NCBI RefSeq assembly: GCF_004010195.1
Contig: NC_057718.1
Span: 18,733,978 to 18,753,977, forward strand
Direction: 5' to 3'
DNA length: 20,000 nucleotides
From: Chiloscyllium plagiosum
Taxonomy: Eukaryota
The position numbers and the translations under genes were made by a program. Below, one piece after another: positions 8,743 through 19,754 of this stretch (its first letter is position 1; each line of letters starts with the position of its first letter). Under the pieces are notes generated by a model. It did not search any database. It saw only the letters and a program-made list of their open reading frames with translations, and was not told the DNA's origin.

Positions 8743-11362
8743 ATGTTGTTTTAGCTGCCTGTTTAGAATTCAACATTGGCTAGACACCACGGCCTGCCAT
8801 TTACTGACAAACCTGACAGTGCAAAAACCTGATCATTTCATACATTCCTTTCCCATAAAACCGGGAGCAGTCACTTGAACACAGTTTCTCACACTTTGGG
8901 GCAATGAATGCTTTATGGACGAACATGCATTGTGATTATGGATAATTTAGCTAATCCAAACTATTGCATCCAATATACACAATACAATATCACACACAAT
9001 ACAGTCCACATGACCGTGAAAGCTCCTTGACTATAATTTAACCTGTTGCAAAAGGCAAACAGCGAGGCCAGGAAAAACGTGTTAATGCTCCCGTGAGTGC
9101 CACGTGTGGTCAAGTGAAACATACAGAATATCAGCCTAATGTTAAATCATAAATAATTCAGGCCTGACCGGCTGCACTTCACAGATAATATTCCCACGAT
9201 CCCAAAAGGACTTCAACCTTTGTCTTCATCAGAATATTTGATCAATTGTCTCTGCTTGCTGCTATAATTTTCAATCTCTTTCAGACCGAATAGCTATCCA
9301 ACCTTTTAGTAAAGGGTTTGACTAGTGCAGCATCCACTACTTTCGATGGTTTGCTAATATTGCATTCACATCATGTTCAGGCCTATGATCAAAATTAAAA
9401 TTTTCAAATTCAATAATCTGGTCATATCTGTTCTTCCAAAGGGTTAATATTCTTCCTTTGGTATGATACAGAAAGAAAATGGATTCATGAAGCCCCTTAC
9501 TGGCTGTCTCAAAGTCCATTACTACCAATGACAGGCTTATTATGTGGAAAAAGGCAGCAAGATCCCCCTAACTGCATAGAAACAAATGAAAAGTTCACAG
9601 GATTACAGTGAATTTGAAATGGTTTGTGAGAATGGATGCTGTGTCCAGAGCAGATGCCTGATTTTTTTGGACATATTAAAGGGCCCAAAATGACTCCCCA
9701 ATTAAATTAAAAAAGGAGGTTACTGCCAGCTCTTGTCTGTTGGAAACTTGTCCAATGTGACATCACCATTACATTCGCCATTTACATTCAACCTGAGTCG
9801 TTTAACAGGAGATGCTCTGTTGATTTTACAAAAACTGGACTCAATGATTGTGGAAAACATTGCAAGGGAAGTATTGATGGCAGAAGTGGAGATTAACGTT
9901 GTTGACACTATGTGACAGGAAGATATTATGGCAAGGTACTTTACATGAGTAGGCAAAGGTGGCAGAATGGATCAGTGCCAGAACTCTTACACACACCCCT
10001 CAAGACAATTCATGAAAAAGTTCAATGACCATACTAGGCTAGCTTTTAATTCATATTCTCAATCCTCTTTCCATAACTTGGCACTCACACCCCTTCTCCT
10101 TGATACCCAACAATCTCTCCAGCACGTTTCACTCCATCTTTTGCTGCACTGCTCTGCACCAGTCACTCTCCTCACTATTTCTTCCCTCATCATCTTGAAC
10201 CTTTTACATCTTCAATAGACCAGCAACAGGATTCTACTCTGAAGAAGTTTCATGACTCTAGAACTGAGACAGTCTCCTCTTGCAGGGCAAGTACACTTGT
10301 AATAAGATGGAGTAAGGAACCGGACGAAAAGGCTTCATCCATTTACTTTCCACTTAAGGAAACGCCAATCAACACCTTAGTTAATGGGTCTGCTGAGGTT
10401 GCAGGAGACCACCTATAGCATTTACACACAGCTCTCCATGGTTCCCAATCTCATTTCAATCTCACCCTTGAGTGTTATGGATGGCAAACTGTTGTTATTT
10501 CCAGAAAATGATAACCTGTCTCTTTTTCCCCATGTCTCTAAGTATTAACTCTTGTTCCTTGCTTTTGTTCCTGGTTCAGCCTTGTCTGAGCAGAAGGATG
10601 AGTAGGGAATTGGTGAACAGAAAGCATAATTGAATTGACCAAATACTTATAGTCACCAGCGCTGAGACAGGCTCAGAGTGTAAACCAGATGGATCTTCAC
10701 ATGAAGATGCATTCACTTCTAGTACGCAGGAGGATTGGATGACCCAGGCAGCTGCTAGCCAAAGAAAAAGCTAATAGTTCTCCAGTTTGGGGTACAGGTG
10801 AAGATGAAAAGGGCCCACTATCCATCAGAAAGCTGATAGTAATCCACATAGATCTGCTAGCTCTGTGCTTCAGCTCCTGCCAAGGCACCTGAACTCCTGC
10901 TTTAGATTCTGCTGCCATTCCAACAATGACAAAACAGGTCAAACTCATTCACAATGAACCAAGGAAAATCTACCGGGGTAGAATCATTAGCCTTGGTATT
11001 AACAAGAGTGGTATGTAGTCGGAGTTTCAGGCAGGAAACTTGAAAATCCTGCATGCTCAAGTCCACACTCTGATATGTTCCCTGTCTGAAGAACGTGTGA
11101 ATGAGTGGCTTGCCTTTCAATCAGGTGGGACCATTCTGGAGCATGTAATTGGCTTATGTAGGTCCAATCATGATCAGCAATGGGAGTACAGTATATAATC
11201 TCAAAATTGTTGAGAGTCACCTAGATAAGCCTGCCTGTTACCATAAAGCATGTAAAACAGGTTGAGCCACAGGCTAGGTAAAAATGAGGACTGCAGATAC
11301 TGGAAACCCGAATCTAGATTAGAGTGGTGCTGGAAAAGCACAGCAGGTCAGGCAGCAACCAA

Positions 11363-12768
11363 ATGAGAAAATGCTGGAAAATCTCAGTGGATCTGGCAGC
11401 ATCTGTAAGGAGAGAAAAATGCTGACCCTTTGTCAAAGCTAAAAAGAGGGAGAAATAGGGAAGTATTTATAGGGCTGAAAGAGGTGAGTCATGGCTCCAG
11501 AAGCAAAGGTAACAATAAAGAGATGATAATGACAATGCGTAGAGAGATTATAGAGAGATTAGGAACTGTGAATGACCAAACTGAAGCCAGTGCAATGTGA
11601 CAAAATATGTGGGGGATGGGGGAAATGGGTGAAGGAGAGGCAAAATGGAAAACAGGGGAGAAGGTAGCAAACAGGAAAGAGGAGAGGAAAAAGTTGATGA
11701 GAGAGTGGGGAGCGAGTGAAAGAGAGACAATCAAGAAATAAGAGGTACAGAACAGTGAAAAAAAATATTTAAAAAAATAAATGAAATAAAATTACAGAGC
11801 AGAATGAAAACAGAGGGGTCGAGATGGGATAATCATCTGAAGTTGTTGAATTCAATGTTGAGACCGGCAGGCTGTAACGTGCCTAGTCGGAAGATGAGAT
11901 GCTGTTCCTCCAGTTTACGTTGAGCTTCACTGGAACATTGCAGCAGGCCAAGGACAGACATGTGGGCATGGGAGCAGGATTGTGTGTTGAAGTGGCAAGC
12001 CACGGGAAGGTCCGGGACCTGATTGCATACAAACCGAAGATACTCAGCAAAGCGATCACCCAGTCGGCGTTTTGTCTCTCCGATATAGAGGAGACCACAT
12101 TGGGAGCAATGAATGCAATAGACCAAATTTAAAGAGGTACAAGTGAAACGCTGCTTAATCTGAAATGATGTTTGGGGCCTTGGATGGTTAGCATGGAAGA
12201 GATAAAGGGGCAGGTGTTGCACCTTCTGCGATTGAATGGGAAGGTGCCGTGTGTGATGGGAGAGGTGTTAGGTGTGATGGAGGAGTGGACTAGGTTGTCT
12301 CGGAGGGAACGATCTCTGCGGAATGCAGACACGGGGAGGGAAGGGAAGATGTGTTTAATGGTGACGTCGTGTTGGAGTTGGTGAAAATGGCGAAGGATTA
12401 TTCTTTGCATGTGAAGGCTGGTGGGGTGAAAGGTGAGAACAAGAGGGACCCTATCCTTGTTCTGGGAGGGGAGAGAGGGGGTGAGGGTCATGGCGCAGGA
12501 GATGGACCACACGCTGTCGAGAGCCCTGTCAACAACTGTAGGTGGGAAGCCACGGTTAGAGAAGAAGGAACACATATTAAGAGCACCACTTTGGAAAGCG
12601 GTCTCATCGGAACAAATGTGGCGGAGGCGAAGGAGCTGAGAGAAAGGGATAGAGTCCTTACAGTACGTAGGGTGAGAAGAGCTGTAGTCCAGATAGCTGT
12701 GGGAGTCAGTGGGCTTGTAATGGATAATAGTGGACAGACTATTGCCAGAAATGGAGACAGAAAGATCA
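11363..12768 (-). mobile_element. 5'-truncated Penelope-like retrotransposon (inner), different subfamily
   Basis: ORF 3' half plus a pyrimidine-rich 3' UTR and a pLTR-type end (cagatgctgccagatccactgagattttccagca). 18-bp duplication aggtcaggcagca[a/t]ccaa at 11345-11362 and 12769-12786. Confidence 0.9.
11833..12768 (-). pseudogene. PLE RT thumb/linker plus GIY-YIG endonuclease, one frameshift
   Basis: DLSVSI...YKPTDSHSYLDYSSSHP...SIPFSQLLRLRHICS...PLVLTFHP...RRRCNTC, a frameshift near 12160-12200, then NLVYCIHCSQCGLLYIGETKRRLGDRFAE...EQHLIFRLGTLQPAGLN. Confidence 0.95.
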
Positions 12769-12959
12769 AGGTCAGGCAGCATCCAAGGAGCAGGAAAACC
12801 GACGTTAAGGGCTTTTGCCCAAGACGTCGATTTTCCTGCCCCTTGGATGCTGCCTGACCTGCTGTGCTTTTCCAGCACCACTCTATGCCAGACTTGAGCC
12901 ACAGGCTACCAACCCCACAAAAATATTTAAGATAACTGATTGTCCTTTGTTCCACTATC

Positions 12960-13168
12960 ATTTATCCTCTAAGTATCTCATGCTCTGGAATTCCCTGCCA
13001 AAACATCTCCATCTCAATTTTGTCCTTTATGACCTAGTTCTTAGTGACCTGACCTAACATCACCTTTATGTGGCTGAGGATCATAATTTATTTCATTATG
13101 CATCTGTGAGGCACCATGTCCAATTTAATACATTAAAGGCACTATGTAAATATAGTGTTGTTGTTGTT
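12960..13168 (+). mobile_element. L2 LINE 3' end, decayed
   Basis: ctctggaattccctgcc (LWNSLP) followed by the L2-type tail ctgtgaggcacc...ttaaaggcactatgtaaat and (gtt)n. Confidence 0.7.
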
Positions 13169-13258
13169 AATTGGAGGTCGGCTGGTGTCAGATTTTAGAT
13201 GGATTGGCACGTTTGATCTAACAACAACCCACACACATTTGGATTCTAAAATTCAACA

Positions 13259-13615
13259 CATAGAGTCGTATAACACAAATTAGATAATCATCCCTGGGAT
13301 TGCTCTCTAAAAGAACTTTCCATTTAGTTCCTCAGCACCTCATCCTTCCCCAGAGCAGTCCTAATGTTTTACTTTCAAAACGTTTGTACTCAATTTCTTT
13401 TTTACAAAATTAGTAATGAATCTGTTTCCAGCATTGTTTCAGGAAATGCATTTCAGAACAAAACAACTTGTTAAAAAGTCCTGCCCCCTCACCTCCCCAC
13501 CTCTGCCCAGTTCTTTACACTTAAAAGTTTTTAATTTAACTTAAGGTGCTATTCATGTAAATCCCACTCACATTCTCTTTTCATGTTTAACAACCTCCAT
13601 CACTCTCATGGGGCT
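13259..13615 (-). mobile_element. Old CR1 3' fragment
   Basis: Starts catagagtcgta, like the CR1 tail at 19680. tgaatctgtttccagcattgtttcaggaaatgcatttcaga parallels tgaaccagcctccaccacttcctctggcagctcattccata of the young copy. Confidence 0.55.
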
Positions 13616-13670
13616 TTTATTCCAATTGTTCTTTTCAAAGCTGCTGCTGTTTAAATACAAAGCATCAACA

Positions 13671-13755
13671 AGAAAGGCTAACATTTGCATAGCAACTTTC
13701 ACATTCTCAGGACATTCCAAAGCTCATGATATCAAATGAAGTACTCTTGAACTAT
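13671..13755 (-). mobile_element. L2-type tail fragment (Deu-SINE-like)
   Basis: catttgcatagcaactttcacattctcaggacattccaaagc...aatgaagtactcttgaa resembles the reverse complement of L2-mobilised SINE tails (recalled consensus). Confidence 0.45.
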
Positions 13756-13824
13756 CTCTCTTCTTCACAGTCCCTTGGTATCCCGGCGTTTTTTGCTTCC
13801 ACTCTGATTCAATGGCACTGAAAT

Positions 13825-14091
13825 GGGGGAGGCAATGATAAGATGGTATTATCACTGTGCTGTTAATCCAGAGACCCAGGCAATATCCTGAGGAGCTAGG
13901 TTCAAATCCCACCACAGTAGAAGGTAGCATTTTAATTCAAAAAATCTGGAATTAAGAGTTTGCTGAAGACCATGAATCCATTGTCAATTGGTGGCAAAAC
14001 CTAACTGGTTCACAATGTCCTTTAGGAAGGAAGGAAACTGGACTTGTATACAGCCTAACCAATGACATCCTCATCACATGAATGAAGAAAA
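13825..14091 (+). mobile_element. tRNA-derived SINE
   Basis: G-rich start, degenerate A-box, B-box ggttcaaatccc (13899-13910). The tail gacatcctcatcacatgaatgaagaaaa matches the LINE tail at 268-296. Confidence 0.8.
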
Positions 14092-14624
14092 CAAACAAAA
14101 GCTGATAATTCTAATTTATGATCGGCAGACCATGAGTTTGTGTTTGAAGGGTTTGATGCATGGGCTAGTTTGGAGGTTTGCACTCTCCTTCCAACACCTC
14201 AGACCTGGACATTCCTGATGAAGGTTTGCACTGTGTTCAACACACTATTCTCAAATGAGCTGTCCCCAATTAGATCAGACACAACGCTGGGTGTTCTATG
14301 AGCTGATGGGTATATTTAACCTGTTCGTGGAAACTTTGACAATGTCCTCCAAGTGTTTCTGTTGAGGATCTTCAGCTATAACTGATTGTAGAATAAAGTA
14401 ATTGTAGAAGGCAATGAGATGTTCCTCCTAATTGAGGTGGTTGTCATAACAGTGCTTCAGTGCTGGGGAAGTGGCTTATGATAGGATGCTGTTGGACTGC
14501 CTTACTTATCGCCAGATTTGAGGTGGAGTCCTGTCATAATGTATGAAAAGTGGCAGGAAACTTACATGCAGCAAACCCCCAGTGATGATGACCAGCTTAT
14601 CTTTCTATTGTCATTAAACAACAA

Positions 14625-14813
14625 AAAATCAAAAGAACTGCGGATGCTGGAAATCAGAAACAAAAACAGAAATTGCTGGAAAAACCAGTAAGTCTGGTAA
14701 CATCTGTAGAGAGAAAGAAGGGTAAATGGTTTGGATCCAGTTTCAGGTAACTAGACCTGAAATATTAATTTTGTCTTCTCTCCACAGATGCTGCCAGACC
14801 TGCTTTCTGATTT
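14625..14813 (-). mobile_element. Older Penelope-derived inverted-repeat mini-element
   Basis: ctgcggatgctggaaatc...gctggaaaa...gtctggtaacatctgtagagagaa (to ~14715) is inverted against ttctctccacagatgctgccagacctgc (~14776-14803), with a decayed cctgaaat core. No TSD is readable. Confidence 0.75.
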
Positions 14814-14949
14814 AATTTTAATCTTTTTGTGATGATTGATGGATAAATAGCAGCCAAAGCATAGTGACAATGGTATGTATCATCTACAAGATGCACATGG
14901 AGTAACCTGCCTTTTTACAGTTTTCACCCAAATATTTGCCTTCTATCGC

Positions 14950-15205
14950 CTAGGAAGAAAGGATAAGTGGGTGTGTAGGAATACCACCTGCAAATTCCCC
15001 TTCAAGCTATCCTGAATTGATACCACATTGCCATTCACTGTCACTGGATTCAAATCCTGGTACTCCTTTTCTCACAGCACGATGAGTAGGAAAACACCAG
15101 ATAAACTGCAGAGTTCAAAAAGGGATCTCAGCAGCAGCAGCTTCTGAAGGGGCAATGAGAAGTAAATGCTGGCTTTGACAGTGATGTCCACATTGCACGA
15201 AATAT
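14950..15205 (+). mobile_element. 3' end of an old LINE, same family as 1-296
   Basis: Internal similarity to 60-296. Ends aaggggcaat...taaatgctggctttgacagtgatgtccacatt. Confidence 0.6.
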
Positions 15206-15254
15206 TTTTTCAAAGAGAACATCAGAAATCACTCCCCTTCTCTTCTGCTCAATG

Positions 15255-15438
15255 ATGTCAGTTGATCTTCCATGTCCAACTGAGAGTAGATAGGGTAAGT
15301 AGTTTTATAAAGTTCACGTTGTGACGGTGCTGTGTTGCAGTGTCAACTTAAAGATTTATATCCAAGTCTTTAGTATCAAGCTTGAATGCAGTGTTTGACT
15401 CAAAAGTAAGAATGCTACTCACACAGCCAGAACTGAAC
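15255..15438 (-). mobile_element. Decayed tRNA-head SINE, Deu-SINE-like 5' part
   Basis: Minus strand begins gttcagttctggctgtgtgagtagcattcttacttttgagtca...ttcaagc (decayed A/B boxes). The body resembles recalled shark Deu-SINE consensus. Confidence 0.5.
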
Positions 15439-15469
15439 TTTCCCTAATTTGTCGTCCCATGACTAATAA

Positions 15470-16275
15470 GGTGTATTGGAGCATAAACCTGCAAAGGGAT
15501 ATTGAAAGACTAAGTGAATTGGCATAACTGTGGCAGATGGAGTTCAGTGCAAGCAAGTGTGTACTTTCTAGATGTATGAAGTTAAATATAGTGGATGTCC
15601 AAAAAGACCTGGTGGTTCAGGTGCATAAATGTTTAAAATGTCATGTATGGGTGCAGAAAATAATTAAGGAAGTTTATGGAATGCTGGCCTTTATATCTAT
15701 AGTACAAGCATGTAGAGGTTATGCTACAGTTATACAAAAGCATAGCTGGACCTCACTTGGAGTACTGTTAGCAGGGCAGAAAACCTTGGAAGGATAGATT
15801 GGCCTTGGAGGCAATACAACATAGGTTTATAAGAATGATACCCAGACTGCAGGAGTTATGATGAGAGATTACACAAATTAGGCCTATTTTCTCTAGGATT
15901 TAGAAGATTAAGAGTGATCCGATTGAAGTCATCAAGCTATTAACAGGAAAAGACAGGGTGGATAAAGATGAACGATTTCCAGTGATTGGGGATTCTAGAA
16001 CTAAGGATCACAGTCTGTGAATTAGGGCCAGACTGTTCAGGAAGTAATTCTGCATACAAAGGATAGTAGATGCTTGAAACTTTGTTCCATAAATGGCAGT
16101 GGATGTTGGATCAGTTGTTAATTTTGAATTTGAGATGGATCAATTTTTGTCTAAAAAAAGGTATTAAGGGATATGGACTAAAACCTATGGAGTTAGGCCA
16201 CAAAACAGCCATGATCTCATTGAATATGAAACAGGCTTGAGGGGCTGAATGGCCTACTCCTATTCATCTGATCCT
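15470..16275 (+). mobile_element. CR1 LINE 3' portion, decayed
   Basis: LQRDIERLSELA*LWQMEFSASKC...KDLVVQVH...MLAFI (CR1 RT C-terminus). 3' tail gaggggctgaatggcctactcct. Confidence 0.88.
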
Positions 16276-16639
16276 ACAGCCCATGTAACGGTATTGGGGA
16301 GAAATATTGGTCCGATACTCTTCTCTATTTCTTGGGTAAAGTTTTTTGTAATGTAAACATGTCTCTGAAGATTTCCTCTGTTACTACATTTGTTGCAAAG
16401 CACTAAACATGATGTTTTAGAATTCACCTCATTGAAAAGTGACATTGTACTATTTACAGTATGTTGGCAGATACTGTAAACATTGTTTATGCCATCCTGC
16501 AGAGCAGTGTTACTGTGTGGCTTATTGAGTGCTACAAAAATATAAATATTTAAACAACTGATAAGGATGAAAAGTGCTAGCATCAGGAATATACACTGCA
16601 TGCCTCATGCTTACTTTTGAAATTAGAATATCTAAAGTA

Positions 16640-18780
16640 GAAACATAAAACCTAGGAGCAAGAAAAGGCCATTTGGCCCTTTGGGAGAGCTGTACTGTTC
16701 AAATAGATCATGGCTGATCTGGTTTTCTGCCTATAACACAAAATCCTCAATGGTTTGTCAATCAAAAATCTGTCTAATTCAGTCCTGATTAAACTACAGC
16801 CGCCAATATCTTCGGGGGAAGGGAATTTCACACACTAATGTCACCCTATGAGAAAACATTTGTCCTCATCTCTTGTCTTGACAGGGAGACGTTTCATTCT
16901 TAAACTACATTTGCATTTTAGTCTCACCTGAAAACATACTCCAGTATCTACATTAACCCCTCAAGATCTTATATGTTTCAATAAGGTGATTTTTTTATTC
17001 TCTTAAATTTCATTTTGGCACTGACTTAACCTATTCTACCTTTGGACAAAGAAATGATGTTCTTCTCAGGAATGGGCAAGTGAATCATCTTTAAGCTGTT
17101 TCTGAAGCAATTATATATTTTCTCAGATAAGGAGACTAAAACTGTACACAGTACTTCAGATGTAGTCTCACCAGTGTCCTGTGCAACCATACTTTCATAC
17201 TTCAGTACCTGTGCAAGAAATGACAACATTTCATTGTTTCCCTAATTACTTATTTTACCTACATGCTGACTTAATGTGATTCATGTACCAGGACACCCAA
17301 ATCCTGTACTGCCGGAATATGAACTCTATAATTTAAGTACTATACTCCTTTTTTACTCTGTCTGTCAAAGTGGACAATTTACATTTACCCATTTTAAATT
17401 GCATCTGCCAAATGTTTGCCCACTCACTTAACCTGCCCATAGTCCTTTGCAGAATCACTAACTCTTCTTGACAACTTATTTTCCTATCTATCTGAGCATC
17501 ATCAGAAAATTTAACCACCACACATTCAGTTCCATCTTCAAAATCATTGATACAAAATACTAATTGTTGAGGATCCAACATTAATAAATGTGGCACTTCA
17601 TTGCCTTGATCCTGCAAACCCCAAATAAGATCCATTTATCCACAATATCTGCTACCTGTTAGCTAACCAACTTTACTGTCATACTTTTTAACTTGATTTC
17701 CTGTTCACTTTGGCCAACTCTCTTTCCATACTCTCACAGTCTCATTTATTTAGTTTTAAAGTATTAGTCATCGATGCTTTCAAACTGAACATGAAAGTCT
17801 ATCATGTTGTGAGCACCTTCACATGAGGTTATTGATTAATTCTGTCTCATTGCACATTATCAGGTCTAAGATCACCTGCTCCTTGGTTAGCTCTAATATG
17901 TATTGATCCAAGAAATTGTCCAAAATAAAAGTCTATGAACTAATTTTCTAACCGACCTTTGCTATTCTGATTCTGCCAATCTACATGTAGGTTAAAGTGT
18001 CCCCTAATTAAGTGAAGCTACCCATGATTATTGCAGTTTCTTTCTTATACTTGCAATTTGTTTGTTCCTATATGCTCTGTCCTAGAGTGTAACTACTGAA
18101 AGAGGCTTAAAAACCATTCTTAAAAATGACCTATTACTTCCTCTACTTCTTACATCTACCCAAACTGATTCTACACCTTGATCTTTCAAGTTAAGGTCAA
18201 GTCTTAGTATTAATGCCATCCTCAATCAGCTGGGCTAATGTACTATTTTTTCTTAGCTTTCTGTCATTCCAACATGACAAATACCCTTCAAAATTCATAT
18301 CCCAGCATTACTCACTTTTCAACTATGTTTCTGTAATGGTTATCAAGTCATAAAAAATTTTCTGTGTCAATGCTAAAAATTAAGTCCTTTTGTTACAAAT
18401 GTTGCGTATATTCAGATACAGGACTTTAAATTCTTTTTTTGTTGTCTTACCGTCTGCTGTCAAATTCTTATGTTTCCAGGTTCTGTCACTTCCTATCACA
18501 AACTGGTAATCGCTTTGCAAATTTCTTCCCTGCTCTATTATTTTGTTGTTTTCTGACCCTTTACCATATCTCACCTCACTTGATCCCTTCCATTGACTTA
18601 TTAGTTTAAAGCTGTCACCACAACCCTGATTGTACAATTTGACAGAACACAGAGCATGGTTCAGGTGTAAGCCATCCCAAAAATACAGCTCTCATTTTCA
18701 CCAAGACTAGTGTTAGTGCCAAATGAAGTGAAACTCTTTTCTTCCACACTATTTTTCTAGCCCCATGCACTCAATTCTCT
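16640..18780 (-). mobile_element. CR1 LINE from the ORF1 end to the 3' tail, heavily deleted
   Basis: 3' tail at ~16640-16715. RT motif CINDFEDGTECVVVKFSDD...WANIWQMQFKMGKC (17333-17635). Endonuclease start FKVLYLNIRNICNK (~18385-18430). ORF1 esterase motif DGLHLN at 18659-18676. Confidence 0.88.
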
Positions 18781-19366
18781 ATTTATCTAATACCAGTTGA
18801 TTCTTACCTGTTTTTCATTCCAAAGAAGTGTTACTTTTAAAGGGAAAACTGCGACAGAAAAACTGTGGATTTAAATTCAGTGACTGTCTGGCATTGCCTT
18901 ATGCAAAGCCCAGAGAATGTTGCACATGTAAATTATCAGGGTAACTTCAAATGGGGTGGGGATATTTAATCAGAAAGGATAATGACAGGCTGACTATCTC
19001 TCTCTCTTGGCAGAAAGCACCTCTTGCAGAGATATTTGTTTGATCCTCCAAAAGTATACAAGGACAGGGGTTAAAAAGTCAGTTTCAATCTACTAGAGAA
19101 GACAAGTGGGACCGGGTGCTCTCATGTATACCAACCTGGATTCATATGTTAGTATGTATCATGGTCACAGTCGAAGGACTATCTCAGAGTCACCCTGTGT
19201 TGCAGACAAAGGAAGATCCTGTCTCGCTCTGAGAGCTGAAAACCAGTTAATGGAAAGAAGATAACAAAGGACTCACTCTCTCTCACTCCGAATTCAATCA
19301 CAGTCAAAAGTCATCAAAATTATAGAATTTAAACCAATCTGGAAAATACAGTATCATGAAGCTTGA

Positions 19367-19754
19367 TCACCTGTCAATGTTACTGCTAACCCCTGCTGCA
19401 ATGTCGAAATAAAAACTCTTCACAGAAAATTCAGAGGCTGATCTGTTTATGTGTGTTTTGTTTTAAGCTTATCTTTTTTCATTTACATAGAGCCATAGAG
19501 ATGTACAGCATGGAAACAGACCCTTCGGTTCAACCCGTCCATGTCGACCAGATATCCCAATCACCTGTCAATGTTACTGCTAACCCCTGCTGCAATGTCG
19601 AAATAAAAACTCTTCACAGAAAATTCAGAGGCTGATCTGTTTATGTGTGTTTTGTTTTAAGCTTATCTTTTTTCATTTACATAGAGCCATAGAGATGTAC
19701 AGCATGGAAACAGACCCTTCGGTTCAACCCGTCCATGTCGACCAGATATCCCAA
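19367..19754. repeat. 194-bp direct tandem duplication (2 copies)
   Basis: 19367-19560 equals 19561-19754, with no mismatch seen on manual comparison. Confidence 0.95.

Larger units (their letters stand above)
11277..12893 (-). mobile_element. Palindromic Penelope mini-element (outer), split by a nested insertion
   Basis: 11277-11362 and 12769-12893 rejoin into a homolog of the 7272-7504 element. Perfect 15-bp TSD ttgagccacaggcta at 11262-11276 and 12894-12908. Confidence 0.88.

Noticed and set aside
10020..10290. Possible very old Penelope linker/pLTR remnant (IILNLLHLQ, ctgaagaag)
   Set aside because: Similarity is too weak to support by eye.
10540..11220. Short ORFs in apparently unique sequence
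   Set aside because: No recognisable domain, all frames are interrupted, and no convincing splice pair.
376..12893. Recurrent ggatgctgcctgacctgctgtgcttttccagc motif as a CRISPR-like array or a short peptide family (LLGCCLTCCAFP ORFs)
   Set aside because: Copies are dispersed, in both orientations and flanked by TSDs. They are PLE pseudo-LTRs, and the ORFs are incidental.
12129..12961. 257-aa ORF with a novel N-terminus, and overlapping ORFs
   Set aside because: The first ~45 aa come from the non-coding outer palindrome read through the nested junction. The others are alternate or antisense frames.
14214..14245. ttcctgatgaagg as another hammerhead
   Set aside because: No stem II or GAAA follows, and there is no pLTR body.
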